From Nitrospira sp. (GTDB lineage: Bacteria > Nitrospirota > Nitrospiria > Nitrospirales > Nitrospiraceae): DNA of 64,000 nucleotides. This document shows positions 8,989-18,757 of this stretch, piece after piece (the first letter of the stretch is position 1; every line of letters starts with the position of its first letter). The position numbers were made by a program, and so were the translations under genes. The notes beneath the pieces were generated by a model that worked only from the letters and a program-made list of their open reading frames with translations, was not told where the DNA came from and did no database searches. Location: NCBI GenBank assembly GCA_019636875.1, contig JAHBWR010000002.1, positions 10,277 through 74,276 of the forward strand, given 5' to 3'.

Positions 8989-9642
8989 ATGCTAGATGTA
9001 TCTCAACTCACCTCTGCAGGCGCGACACCCGCTCCGGAACGAACGGGGCCCCGCCCACTAGGGCAAGATGATTTTCTGAAACTCCTGATTACACAGCTCA
9101 AGAACCAGGACCCCTTGAATCCGACGGACAATACGGAATTCGTCTCGCAACTCGCCCAATTCAGCCAACTTGAGCAGAGCGCCAAGCAGGCTCAGCTGCT
9201 TCAGCAGAGTCTCGACGCGCAGACCGCATCCTTGCAGTTTACGTTGCTTCCCATGATCGGCCGAACCGTCACCATTGGGGAGCCGGTAGTTCAACTTGGG
9301 GATGGACCAGCGGCCTTTGGCTATACGCTCGAAAAGAACGCCCAGAAAGTCCTTGTGAGTATTCAGGACCATCAAGGACAGGTCGTACGGAGCCTGGAAT
9401 ACCGGGATCAACAAGCCGGAGTTCATGCCGTTGAATGGGATGGAAAGGACCAAGACGGCATCGCCATGCAGAAAGGGCTCTACCGGTATGTCATTTCAGC
9501 GCTGGATGCTGAAGGGAAGGCTGTTCCAGTGGAAGGGCGTGCCTCACTCACTGTGACAGGAGTGCGTATGGAAGAGGGACAAGCCAAGCTGCTTGTAGGA
9601 GATCTGGCTATCCAGCCATCTGCGATTGTTGAGTTGCGGTAA
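8989..9642 (+). CDS. flgD: Hook capping protein FlgD
   Basis: DFLKLLITQLKNQDPLNP, FVSQLAQFS, WDGKD Ig-like domain. Confidence 0.96.
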   Translation: MLDVSQLTSAGATPAPERTGPRPLGQDDFLKLLITQLKNQDPLNPTDNTEFVSQLAQFSQLEQSAKQAQLLQQSLDAQTASLQFTLLPMIGRTVTIGEPVVQLGDGPAAFGYTLEKNAQKVLVSIQDHQGQVVRSLEYRDQQAGVHAVEWDGKDQDGIAMQKGLYRYVISALDAEGKAVPVEGRASLTVTGVRMEEGQAKLLVGDLAIQPSAIVELR

Positions 9643-9663
9643 ACAAGAGGAGGACTTGCACCG

Positions 9664-11022
9664 ATGGGAATTCTGTCGTCGCTTTTTACGGGCGTCAGTG
9701 GGCTCAACGCGAATGGGAACGCCTTATCTGTGGTGGGGAACAACATCGCGAACCTGAGTACCGTCGGGTTCAAATCCAGCCGTTCGGTCTTTGCCGACCT
9801 GATCAGCTCGTCACTCGGTGGAGCGGGAGGGGCGATTCAGACCGGTCTGGGTGTCGCGCTCAACGGTGTACAAGGAAACTTCAGCCAGGGATCGCTGAGT
9901 ACGACGAGCAACGCGCTGGACTTGGCGATCGATGGGAACGGATTTTTCATTGTGCGCGATACGGCCGGTGCGACCTTCTATTCTCGGGCCGGGCAGTTCC
10001 ATTTGAATGCACAGAACCAGATCGTCGACCCCAGCGGGTTTTTACTCCAAGGCTATCAAGTCAACACCAACGGGTTGATCACCGCCAGTATCAGCGGGGT
10101 CACACTTCCAACCACCACGGCGCCACCTAATCCGACCACAACGGCTGATATCGGGGCCAATCTCGATTCTCAATCGTCGACAGGGACCTTTTCGCTGCTC
10201 GACCCGGCCGGCACGGCGGAATTCTCGACGTCACTCACGGTCTATGACTCCGTCGGTAATAGTCATCTTCTCACGACCTACTTCACAAAGACCGCACCCA
10301 ATGCATGGACCTATAATATTTTGGGAAGCACGAGTGAGATCGTGACCGGCAATTATAATGCGGCCAATGTGAATGCCACATTGGGGCTTGTCCGTTTAGG
10401 GTCGGGCAATCTCACCTTCAACACTTCCGGTGCACTGGATACCGAAAGCGTCGTCACGAGCTACAATGACGGCACCGCCGGTGGAACCGCTGGAGGCGCC
10501 GTAGGTCAAGCCCAAATCGATTTTATCGGCGCTACGGCGAATCAGGCGATCGCCTTCAATTTTGGTACGAGCGTGACGACCGATGGTGGTACCGGGATGG
10601 ATCTCTCGACACAATTTGGTGCCGCATCAGGTCTGGTGCAACAGTCGCAAAATGGCTTTGGTGCCGGTGCGCTTCAAACGTTCTCGGTGGAGACCAATGG
10701 CATGGTCAACGGAAGGTTTTCAAACGGTCAGGTTCGCCCACTGGCACAGCTGGCACTCGCACGATTTCCGGATCCTCTCGGTTTGGTCCGCACGGGGAAA
10801 AATACGTTTGCTGAATCTGGCACGTCAGGACAGCCGTTGGTCGGAGCGGCAACCACAGCGGGCCTCGGACGGGTTCTTGCTAACACGCTTGAGCTCTCCA
10901 ACGTGGATCTTGGAGAAAGCTTTATCGACATGATTGCGGCGCAACGAGGATTCCAAGCCAACTCAAGAGTGATCACGACCTCCGATGAAGTACTTCAGGA
11001 ATTGGTCAATCTGAAACGATAA
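9664..11022 (+). CDS. flgE: Flagellar hook protein FlgE
   Basis: GNNIANLSTVGFK, DLAIDGNGFF, YSRAGQF, VYDSVGNSH, LELSNVDL, QRGFQANSRVI. Confidence 0.97.
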   Translation: MGILSSLFTGVSGLNANGNALSVVGNNIANLSTVGFKSSRSVFADLISSSLGGAGGAIQTGLGVALNGVQGNFSQGSLSTTSNALDLAIDGNGFFIVRDTAGATFYSRAGQFHLNAQNQIVDPSGFLLQGYQVNTNGLITASISGVTLPTTTAPPNPTTTADIGANLDSQSSTGTFSLLDPAGTAEFSTSLTVYDSVGNSHLLTTYFTKTAPNAWTYNILGSTSEIVTGNYNAANVNATLGLVRLGSGNLTFNTSGALDTESVVTSYNDGTAGGTAGGAVGQAQIDFIGATANQAIAFNFGTSVTTDGGTGMDLSTQFGAASGLVQQSQNGFGAGALQTFSVETNGMVNGRFSNGQVRPLAQLALARFPDPLGLVRTGKNTFAESGTSGQPLVGAATTAGLGRVLANTLELSNVDLGESFIDMIAAQRGFQANSRVITTSDEVLQELVNLKR

Positions 11023-11028
11023 GCGCGA

Positions 11029-11070
11029 TGGGTTTGGCCTCGGATAAACCTGGAACCGAGGCCAAGCCCA
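11029..11070 (+). terminator. Stem-loop after flgE (terminator or mRNA stabiliser)
   Basis: TGGGTTTGGCCTCGG / CCGAGGCCAAGCCCA inverted repeat; no clear U-tract. Confidence 0.55.
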
Positions 11071-11117
11071 CTCCGTCTCTCTGGTTCCCCCTCCGACCGT
11101 GACACCCACCCCGTGCC

Positions 11118-11131
11118 GTCAGTTTATTGAC
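11118..11131. promoter_or_regulatory. FleQ-box-like enhancer-binding-protein site
   Basis: GTCAGTTTATTGAC (reverse GTCAATAAACTGAC), ~125 bp upstream of a sigma54 motif; second partial box GTCAATGGATT at 11135. Confidence 0.55.
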
Positions 11132-11254
11132 GCCGTCAATGGATTCCCTGACGAGAGGAGGAGAGACTCCCTTGCGCGTCCGATGACTCCTTCGTAACTG
11201 CGCGTTGGATGGGTGGATTACCGATCATCACCGTGATGGCATAGCTCCATATAA

Positions 11255-11270
11255 TGGCATATGCATTGCA
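11255..11270 (+). promoter_or_regulatory. sigma54 (-24/-12) promoter of the fliL operon
   Basis: TGGCATATGCATTGCA with exact GG-N10-GC spacing, 40 bp before fliL. Confidence 0.8.
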
Positions 11271-11310
11271 ATCTCCCTCAGCTGGCCAACGAGTCATGTG
11301 AGGAGGAGTT

Positions 11311-11856
11311 ATGGCAGATGCAGCCGCGGCAGACGACAAATCCCCAGTAGCGGCCCCCGCTCCTGGGTTTCCGATCAAATTGCTCATAATGGTGTCGGTG
11401 GTCGCACTTCTGTTCGGTGTTGGCGGGGCTGTGGTCGCGGTCAAGTTATTGGGCGGATCGGACAAAGCTTCGGAGAGTTCAGAAGAGCATAAAAGTGAGG
11501 CGGCGGCGAAGTCCGAGTCCCATGGCGGGGGAAAGCAAGGTCAGGCGGCCGCACCAGGCGCCATGTTCGACTTAGATCCCTTTATCGTGAACCTCGCGGA
11601 CACGCCGGACGTTCGGTACTTGAAGATTACGATTAAACTTGAAGTAGAGAATGAGGCTGTGTCCACGGACTTGTCCGCGCGAGTCCCTCAAGTTCGTGAT
11701 GCCGTACTGGTTCTGCTTAGCAGTAAAGATGTGAATGCCGTCCGGACGACACAAGGGAAATTCCAACTGCGTGACGAGATTACGCAGCGCATCAACGGCC
11801 TCCTGCCGAAACCCGGTGTCCGCTCCGCATACTTTACCGACTTCGTCGTTCAGTAA
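11311..11856 (+). CDS. fliL: Flagellar basal-body protein FliL
   Basis: Single TM; LDPFIVNLAD..RYLK..PQVRDAV..YFTDFVVQ; AGGAGG RBS. Confidence 0.95.
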   Translation: MADAAAADDKSPVAAPAPGFPIKLLIMVSVVALLFGVGGAVVAVKLLGGSDKASESSEEHKSEAAAKSESHGGGKQGQAAAPGAMFDLDPFIVNLADTPDVRYLKITIKLEVENEAVSTDLSARVPQVRDAVLVLLSSKDVNAVRTTQGKFQLRDEITQRINGLLPKPGVRSAYFTDFVVQ

Positions 11857-11867
11857 CAGCCGACATT

Positions 11868-12842
11868 ATGGAAAAAATTCTTTCACAAGAAGAGATCGAT
11901 GCGCTCTTGAAAGGCGTCGTCTCCGGAGAAGTCGATACGGCTCCCAAGGAGAATGAAGCCGCGTCGAAAGGAGTATCGCAATACGATCTCTTCAACCAGG
12001 AACGGATCATCCGTGGTCGTATGCCGGGGATGGAAATGATCAACGATCGTTTTATCCGCCGTCAGTCTGTGGTCTGGACCAACATGTTGCGTGAGGCGGT
12101 CGATTTTGTGGTGGTCGGAACGCAGGTGATCAAGTTCGGCGAATTTCTTAAGAAGGTGCCGATGCCTTCGTCGTTGAACGTGTTTCATATGCCACCCCTA
12201 CGAGGCAGTGCGCTCTTCGTGATGGATGCCTTCCTGGTGTATCTCATCGTCGACTATTTCTTTGGTGGAAAAGGGCAAACACATGTGAAGCCTGAAGGGC
12301 GAGACTTTACGCCTGTTCAGTTGAGAATCATCAGGAAGTTGTTGTTGCAGGCCCTGATTGACCTGGAGAAGGCTTGGCACGCCATTGTGCCGCTGAAAGT
12401 GGAGTATTTGCGTTCTGAGAGCAATCCGCAGTTTGCGATGGTGGTCACCTCCTCGGAGATTGTCGTGGTCGTGACGTTGCAAGTCGTATTGGGTGAAACC
12501 GCACGGGAGCTGTACATCGTCTATCCCTACGCCATGCTCGAGCCGATCAAAGAAAAGTTGTATTCCGGGTTAGTGTCCGATCAGGTCGATCAGAATGGAG
12601 ACTGGAGTCAGCGGTTCCGCGAGCGACTGCAAGAATGTCCTGTGCCGATCGCGGTTCGCCTTGGCACGGCCACGGTCACGGTGAAAGATGTCATGAACTT
12701 CTCCAAGGGCGACGTGATTCTCCTCGATCAGCGTCCTGGTGATCCTCTCCACTGTTATATCGAAGGCTACCTCAAATTTCATGGCAGTCCCGGTATTTAT
12801 AAGGGCAATCATGCCTGTCGTGTGACGAAAGTGATGAATTAG
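11868..12842 (+). CDS. fliM: Motor switch protein FliM
   Basis: CheY-binding LSQEEIDALL, EGRDFT, ESNPQF, SpoA C-terminus. Confidence 0.97.
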   Translation: MEKILSQEEIDALLKGVVSGEVDTAPKENEAASKGVSQYDLFNQERIIRGRMPGMEMINDRFIRRQSVVWTNMLREAVDFVVVGTQVIKFGEFLKKVPMPSSLNVFHMPPLRGSALFVMDAFLVYLIVDYFFGGKGQTHVKPEGRDFTPVQLRIIRKLLLQALIDLEKAWHAIVPLKVEYLRSESNPQFAMVVTSSEIVVVVTLQVVLGETARELYIVYPYAMLEPIKEKLYSGLVSDQVDQNGDWSQRFRERLQECPVPIAVRLGTATVTVKDVMNFSKGDVILLDQRPGDPLHCYIEGYLKFHGSPGIYKGNHACRVTKVMN

Positions 12843-12866
12843 TCCTCACGGAACAACGAGAACATT

Positions 12867-13235
12867 ATGGCTGAATCAGAACCCCTCATGCGTGCCGAAC
12901 CACAAACGGAAGGGAAAGCCTCACCCCAACCTGCCTCCTTTCCGCCTGTACAGGGTGGAGAGACAGGAGGGGGGCAAAAGAATATGGATTTTCTTCTCGA
13001 TATCCCCATGAGCGTGGCGGTGTACGTCGGATCTGCCAAGATGGCGATTCGTGACCTGTTGCAGCTGGCGCAAGGCTCGGTCATCGAGCTCGACAAACTG
13101 GCCGGGGAACCGATGGAGGTGATGGTCAATAACAAGCTGGTGGCTCGTGGTGAGGTCGTCGTTGTGAATGAAAAATTCGGCATTCGACTGACGGATGTGG
13201 TTAGTGCAGCAGAGCGCGTGCAACAGCTTCGTTGA
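12867..13235 (+). CDS. fliN: Motor switch protein FliN
   Basis: LLDIPMSVAV, GSVIELDKLAGEP, ARGEVVVVNEKFGIR. Confidence 0.97.
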   Translation: MAESEPLMRAEPQTEGKASPQPASFPPVQGGETGGGQKNMDFLLDIPMSVAVYVGSAKMAIRDLLQLAQGSVIELDKLAGEPMEVMVNNKLVARGEVVVVNEKFGIRLTDVVSAAERVQQLR

Positions 13236-13253
13236 GCGGCCGAAGGAGAGCTA

Positions 13254-13652
13254 GTGATCGACCTGTGGGAAAGCCTGTTCCGTACCGCCTCCGCCCTGGC
13301 GATTGTGTTGGTGTTGATCGGAGTTGTGACGATTATCTTTCGACGTGTGACAGGGAATCGATGGAGAGTGGGCGGAGGACGTCCACTCGTTCAAGTCTTG
13401 GCCACAGGATATGTGGCTCCACGGAAAACGATATCGCTGGTGTCTGTCGCCGGCGAGTATCTGATCGTTGGGACGACGCCAACCGATCTTGTCCCGCTGG
13501 GGCGTATCAACGATTCTGGTCACGTGACGGAATTGCTGGCTCAGACGTCGGACACACAGACGTCGTCCACTCCGGATGCGGTCTTTTCGTCATGGCTTCG
13601 GCGTCGCGATCTCGTCACGGTCTCCAGCGAGAAGGATGTTCATGGACCATAG
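13254..13652 (+). CDS. fliO: Flagellar biosynthesis protein FliO
   Basis: N-terminal TM followed by [19 protein letters not shown]; between fliN and fliP. Confidence 0.88.
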   Translation: MIDLWESLFRTASALAIVLVLIGVVTIIFRRVTGNRWRVGGGRPLVQVLATGYVAPRKTISLVSVAGEYLIVGTTPTDLVPLGRINDSGHVTELLAQTSDTQTSSTPDAVFSSWLRRRDLVTVSSEKDVHGP

Positions 13653-14409
13653 TCTGGACAGGAGACATGGGATGATCTGGGTGAGCGGCCTCTGTGCGAC
13701 GGCGCTTTTCCTGATATCGGCATCGGACGTGCTGGCGAGTGGTCCATCGCTCAGTCTCGATTTCGGACCAGACGGTCCGAAACAAACGGCCGTCGTCATC
13801 CAGATCTTGATTCTCCTCACGGTGCTGTCCCTGGCACCGGCCCTGTTCATCATGGTGACCTCGTTCACGCGGATCGTCATTGTGCTGTCCTTCCTGCGTC
13901 AGGCGCTTGGCACTCAGGCGGTTCCACCTAATCAAGTCCTGTTGTCATTGGCCCTCTTCTTAACGATGTTCATTATGGCGCCGGTCGGTCAGGCTGTGTA
14001 CAGCACTGCCTTGCAACCGCTCATGGCAGAGCAAATCTCGTATGAAGAGGCTTGGAACAAAGGAAGTGCGCCGATTCGCGGATTCATGTTGCGTCAGGTC
14101 AGGGATAAGGATTTGGAACTCTTCATCACGTTGAGTCAGATTCCCAAGCCGGAACGAGTGGAAGATGTCCCGACTCATGCGATTATCCCAGCATTCATTC
14201 TCAGTGAACTGAGGATCGCATTCCAAATTGGGTTTTTGATCTATATCCCATTCTTGATCGTCGATATGGTCGTCGCGAGCATTCTCATGTCGATGGGAAT
14301 GATGCTCCTGCCGCCTGTGGTGATCTCACTTCCGTTCAAGTTGATTCTCTTTGTGTTGGCCGACGGGTGGTATCTGGTGGTGGGGTCGATGGTGAGAAGT
14401 TTTCAATGA
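13642..14409 (+). CDS. fliP: Export gate protein FliP
   Basis: [40 protein letters not shown]; start uncertain (13636, 13642 or 13672). Confidence 0.96.
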   Translation: MDHSLDRRHGMIWVSGLCATALFLISASDVLASGPSLSLDFGPDGPKQTAVVIQILILLTVLSLAPALFIMVTSFTRIVIVLSFLRQALGTQAVPPNQVLLSLALFLTMFIMAPVGQAVYSTALQPLMAEQISYEEAWNKGSAPIRGFMLRQVRDKDLELFITLSQIPKPERVEDVPTHAIIPAFILSELRIAFQIGFLIYIPFLIVDMVVASILMSMGMMLLPPVVISLPFKLILFVLADGWYLVVGSMVRSFQ

Positions 14410-14492
14410 AGCACGGATCTGGAAGCGTCGTGCTCCGGTCGGTTGGAGGCTGTTGCAGGAACAATGAGACATGAGCAACGAGGGAATAGGCC

Positions 14493-14762
14493 ATGACGCC
14501 AGAAATGGTGACTGAATTGGGTCGGCAGGCACTTGAAACTACGCTGTTAGTATCGTCTCCGATCCTCGGGCTGAGTCTGTTGATCGGGCTGGCCATCAGC
14601 GCTTTGCAGGCGATGACGCAGCTGAACGAAGCGACGCTGACGTTTGTGCCGAAGGTCTTAGCGCTCTTCGGGGCGTTGCTCGTGTTTCTACCGTGGATGC
14701 TGAGTGTGATGACGACGTACATGTCGAATCTGCTCATGAATATTCCCAACTACGTGCATTAG
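14493..14762 (+). CDS. fliQ: Export gate protein FliQ
   Basis: QAMTQLNEATLTFVPK. Confidence 0.97.
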   Translation: MTPEMVTELGRQALETTLLVSSPILGLSLLIGLAISALQAMTQLNEATLTFVPKVLALFGALLVFLPWMLSVMTTYMSNLLMNIPNYVH

Positions 14763-14771
14763 TGACACACG

Positions 14772-15560
14772 ATGGCTTTCGCGCAGCCGATTCACATACT
14801 GCTTCCTGAATTCCAGGCCTTCCTGGTCCTCATTTCCCGCATCGGCGGACTGCTGGCGGCAGTCCCTGTCTTGAGCGGACGCGCGGTTCCGCTGAAGGTC
14901 AAGGTCGCCCTGATTCTGAGTTTGGGACTGTTGCTCGCTCCGATGCTCCATCTCCCGAGCATGCCGTATGACCCATTGGCCCTTGCAGCCGGGCTGGTGA
15001 GCGAAATGACGATCGGTCTCGCGATCGGGTTGGCGGTTCGGTTGCTCTTCAGCGCACTGGAGGTTGCGGGTGAACTGATCGGTATCCAAATGGGGTTCGG
15101 TGTCGTGCAGCTGTTTGATCCAGCCACGGCAACCCAGACTCCCATCATCGCACGATTCTTTACCTTGTTGGCATCGCTCGTGTTTCTCTCGATGAACGGC
15201 CATATGTTTCTCGTGGCGACGATTCTTTCAAGTTATGAGGCTATTCCCGCCTTCGGGGCGTCTCTTCCGGGGAGCGTGGCCGATGATGTCCTGCGGTTGT
15301 CTCAGAATATGTTTCTGCTCGGGTTGAAACTCGCCGCGCCTGTGCTCGTCATCATTTTTGTGATCAATATTCTGTTAGCCATGCTGGGACGGGCGGTCAG
15401 TCAAATCAACGTGTTTGTCTTGAGTTTTCCCGTGACGATTGCCGGGGGTTTGGCCGTCTTAGCGCTTTCCATGCCGTTTACGATTGGGCTCTTGGCACGT
15501 GAGCTCGAGCAACTGCAATTCACCATCCAGGGGCTTCTGAAAGCATTGGGACATGGCTGA
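14772..15560 (+). CDS. fliR: Export gate protein FliR
   Basis: Multi-TM; AGELIGIQMGFG..DP, QINVFVLSFP. Confidence 0.96.
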   Translation: MAFAQPIHILLPEFQAFLVLISRIGGLLAAVPVLSGRAVPLKVKVALILSLGLLLAPMLHLPSMPYDPLALAAGLVSEMTIGLAIGLAVRLLFSALEVAGELIGIQMGFGVVQLFDPATATQTPIIARFFTLLASLVFLSMNGHMFLVATILSSYEAIPAFGASLPGSVADDVLRLSQNMFLLGLKLAAPVLVIIFVINILLAMLGRAVSQINVFVLSFPVTIAGGLAVLALSMPFTIGLLARELEQLQFTIQGLLKALGHG

Positions 15561-16629
15561 AGACAAGTCCAATAAGACAGAGCCCGCGACTCCGAAACGA
15601 AAGGAGGAGGCCCGGCGAAAAGGGCAGGTCGCGATGAGTCGCGATGTGTCGACGGCGGCCATTCTCTTGGGGGGGATTGGGTTGTTGGCGGCGATGTTGC
15701 CGGTCGGCCTGCAGCGAATGACGGAGATGACGAGGCAAGGGCTCACGCTCTCGTTCCCTGCCGGATTCTACGAAGGCATGTCCATCGAGCAAGTCTACAC
15801 GGTCGTGATCCAAGCCGGGCTCACGGTGTTTGCGTTGAGCCTTCCGATCGTGGTCGGAGTGTTTGTGGTCGGAAGCGCCGCCTCCCTCCTGCAAACCGGC
15901 CTGTTGTGGAAATCAAACGGGCTGCAGCTGGAATTCTCCCGTATCAATCCGATCAAAGGGCTTTCCAAGCTGGCCTCGTTCCGGTCCGTCATGGAATTGA
16001 TTAAGGGGCTGTTCAAAATTGCGATCGTCACGGGAGTCGGGATCTGGGTCATCCGGTACGACATCTTACGAGTACCTGAACTGATCGAATTTGATATGGG
16101 GTCGGTCTTACAGACGACCGGGTGGTTGTCGCTGAAAGTCGGATTGGCTGTGGCCGGGGCGATCGCCGGGCTGGCCGTGCTCGATTATTTTTATCAGCGA
16201 TATGAATGGGAACGAGACCTTCGCATGTCGAAGGAAGAAATCAAGGAAGAGCATAAGTCCACAGAAGGCGATCCCTTAATCAAGAGTCGGGTACGGACGG
16301 TCCAGCGAGAGTTGACGAAGAAGCGCATGATGGCTGCGGTCAAGACGGCGGACGTGGTGATTACCAACCCAACACATTTGGCAGTCGCCCTGAAATACGA
16401 CACGACGAAGATGGCGGCACCGGTCGTCGTGGCCAAAGGAGCAGGCCTGATCGCCGAAAAGATTCGCGAGTTGGCACGGCACCATGGTGTGCCGGTCGTG
16501 GAAAATAAGTTCGTGGCGAGAACGATCTTTAAACTCGTCGAGATCGGGAATGAAATTCCGAATGATCTCTACCGTGCCGTGGCTGAAATATTGGCGTTTG
16601 TGTACCGCGCCAGAGGCGTGACCCCATGA
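15553..16629 (+). CDS. flhB: Export switch protein FlhB
   Basis: KTEPATPKR, EGDPLIKSR, autocleavage NPTH. Confidence 0.97.
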   Translation: MAEDKSNKTEPATPKRKEEARRKGQVAMSRDVSTAAILLGGIGLLAAMLPVGLQRMTEMTRQGLTLSFPAGFYEGMSIEQVYTVVIQAGLTVFALSLPIVVGVFVVGSAASLLQTGLLWKSNGLQLEFSRINPIKGLSKLASFRSVMELIKGLFKIAIVTGVGIWVIRYDILRVPELIEFDMGSVLQTTGWLSLKVGLAVAGAIAGLAVLDYFYQRYEWERDLRMSKEEIKEEHKSTEGDPLIKSRVRTVQRELTKKRMMAAVKTADVVITNPTHLAVALKYDTTKMAAPVVVAKGAGLIAEKIRELARHHGVPVVENKFVARTIFKLVEIGNEIPNDLYRAVAEILAFVYRARGVTP

Positions 16630-16652
16630 GTGCTGGATAGGTCGGGACAGGT

Positions 16653-18749
16653 ATGGCAACAGCAACGGAACCCATAAGCGGAAATCAGCTCCTGAAACAT
16701 CCGGACATTCTGATGTCCGTTGGCGTGGTGGCCATTATCATGGTGATGTTGCTGCCGCTACCGCGTTTCATGCTGGATCTGCTGCTGAGTTTTGATATTA
16801 CGCTCTCGGTCATCATCCTGCTCGTGGGGCTCCAGGTACGGAGACCGATCGAGTTTTCCGTATTTCCCTCGATCCTCCTCATGATCACGTTGTTTCGGTT
16901 GTCCCTCAATATCGCCTCGACCCGACTGATTCTGTTGCATGGCAACGAGGGGGCTGGAGCGGCCGGCGAGGTCATTCGGGCATTCGGGAATTTCATCGTG
17001 GGGGGAAATTACACGGTCGGCTTGGTCGTGTTCACCATTCTCGTCATCATCAATTTTGTCGTTGTAACCAAGGGTGCGGGACGGGTAGCCGAAGTGGCCG
17101 CTCGATTCACCTTGGACGCGATGCCGGGGAAACAGATGAGCATTGACGCGGATCTCAATGCCGGTCTGATCAATGAAGCTGAAGCACGTCGCCGTCGGCG
17201 AGAGATCACGGAGGAGGCCGACTTTTACGGTGCGATGGACGGTGCCAGCAAGTTTGTGCGAGGGGATGCGATCGCGGCTGTGATCATCATTCTGGTCAAC
17301 ATTCTCGGTGGGTTGGCGATCGGTATTCTGCAGCAGGGCATGAGTCCAGGGCTGGCAGCGCAAACCTATACGGTGCTGACCGTCGGTGAGGGATTAGTCG
17401 CACAGATTCCCGCTCTCATCGTCTCAACGGCAGCCGGTATTGTCGTGACGCGTGCTGCTTCTGAGACAGATCTGGGTGGAGAGATGGCTCGCCAGCTGCT
17501 GATGTCCTCCAAGGCGGTAGGCGTCGCTGCCGGGATCCTCCTGACGCTCGGACTCGTACCGGGTCTTCCGCATGTGGCGTTCCTCGTATTGGGAGCTGGG
17601 GTCGCATGGATCGCGTACCATCTTCACCAGCAAGAACAGGTCCAGGCAGCGCCGACACCGGCTCCCGTCACCGCTAAAGTGGAAGAGGGCGTGACCCGCG
17701 TGACACCGCTTGACCTCATGGAGGTTCAGGTCGGGTACGGACTGATCGGACTCGTTGAGGGCACGCAAGGGACTGCGTTGCTGGATCGGATTAAGGCGCT
17801 CCGGCGGCAATTTGCTGAATCAATGGGGTTTGTCGTACCTCCCATTCACATTCGAGACAACCTTCAACTGCGTCCGAATGAGTATGCCATTATTTTGAAA
17901 GGGGTCGAGGTGGCTAAGGCGGATGTCGTTCCCGGCCATCTCTTGGCGATCGATCCAGGAACCGGGCAGCGAGGATTGGTGAAGGGAATTGAGACCAAAG
18001 AACCGGCATTCGGTCTGCCGGCGCTCTGGGTTCCTGAAGATGCGCGTGAGCAGGCTCAGATCGCTGGGTATACGGTGGTTGATGCGAGTTCAGCCATCGC
18101 AACACATCTGTCTGAATTGATCAAGCGCCATGGGCATGAACTACTGGGAAGGCAGGAAGTGCAAGTGTTGTTGGATGAGGTCGGAAAATCGCACCCCAAG
18201 CTGGTGGAGGAACTCATCCCCACTCTGTTACCGCTCGGGACGGTCGTGCGTGTCCTGGGTAATCTCCTCAAAGAAGGGATTCCTATTCGGGACCTTCGAT
18301 CCATTCTGGAAGCCATCTCTGACCAGGCGACGAACGTCAAGGATGCGGATATCCTCACGGAGTATGCGCGGCAGTCGCTTGCCAGAACCATCACGAAGCA
18401 ATATCAGGCGCCGGATGGAACCCTTCAGGTCATTACGTTGGATCCACGGCTTGATCGGTCTTTGGCGGATCAAGTCGCGGCACTCCCCCCCGGGGCCGCG
18501 TTGAACCTGGATCCGACGCTCTCACACAAACTGCTGAGCAATTTGAAGCAAGCCGCCGAACGCGTTGCCGCGCGAGGGCAGCAACCGATTGTCCTGTGTT
18601 CGCAGGTGGTGCGTCGCCACCTGCGGCGGCTCAGCGATCGTCTGCTGCATTCCGTGCCCGTCATGGGTTTGAACGAAGTCGATTCGTTCGTTCGCCTGCA
18701 ATCCCTCGATACCGTTCGAGTCGATCTGGAATTGGCGCAGCCGTCCTAG
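16653..18749 (+). CDS. flhA: Export apparatus protein FlhA
   Basis: RVAEVAARFTLDAMPGKQMSIDADL, FYGAMDGASKFVRGDAIA. Confidence 0.98.
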   Translation: MATATEPISGNQLLKHPDILMSVGVVAIIMVMLLPLPRFMLDLLLSFDITLSVIILLVGLQVRRPIEFSVFPSILLMITLFRLSLNIASTRLILLHGNEGAGAAGEVIRAFGNFIVGGNYTVGLVVFTILVIINFVVVTKGAGRVAEVAARFTLDAMPGKQMSIDADLNAGLINEAEARRRRREITEEADFYGAMDGASKFVRGDAIAAVIIILVNILGGLAIGILQQGMSPGLAAQTYTVLTVGEGLVAQIPALIVSTAAGIVVTRAASETDLGGEMARQLLMSSKAVGVAAGILLTLGLVPGLPHVAFLVLGAGVAWIAYHLHQQEQVQAAPTPAPVTAKVEEGVTRVTPLDLMEVQVGYGLIGLVEGTQGTALLDRIKALRRQFAESMGFVVPPIHIRDNLQLRPNEYAIILKGVEVAKADVVPGHLLAIDPGTGQRGLVKGIETKEPAFGLPALWVPEDAREQAQIAGYTVVDASSAIATHLSELIKRHGHELLGRQEVQVLLDEVGKSHPKLVEELIPTLLPLGTVVRVLGNLLKEGIPIRDLRSILEAISDQATNVKDADILTEYARQSLARTITKQYQAPDGTLQVITLDPRLDRSLADQVAALPPGAALNLDPTLSHKLLSNLKQAAERVAARGQQPIVLCSQVVRRHLRRLSDRLLHSVPVMGLNEVDSFVRLQSLDTVRVDLELAQPS

Positions 18750-18757
18750 GATAAGCG

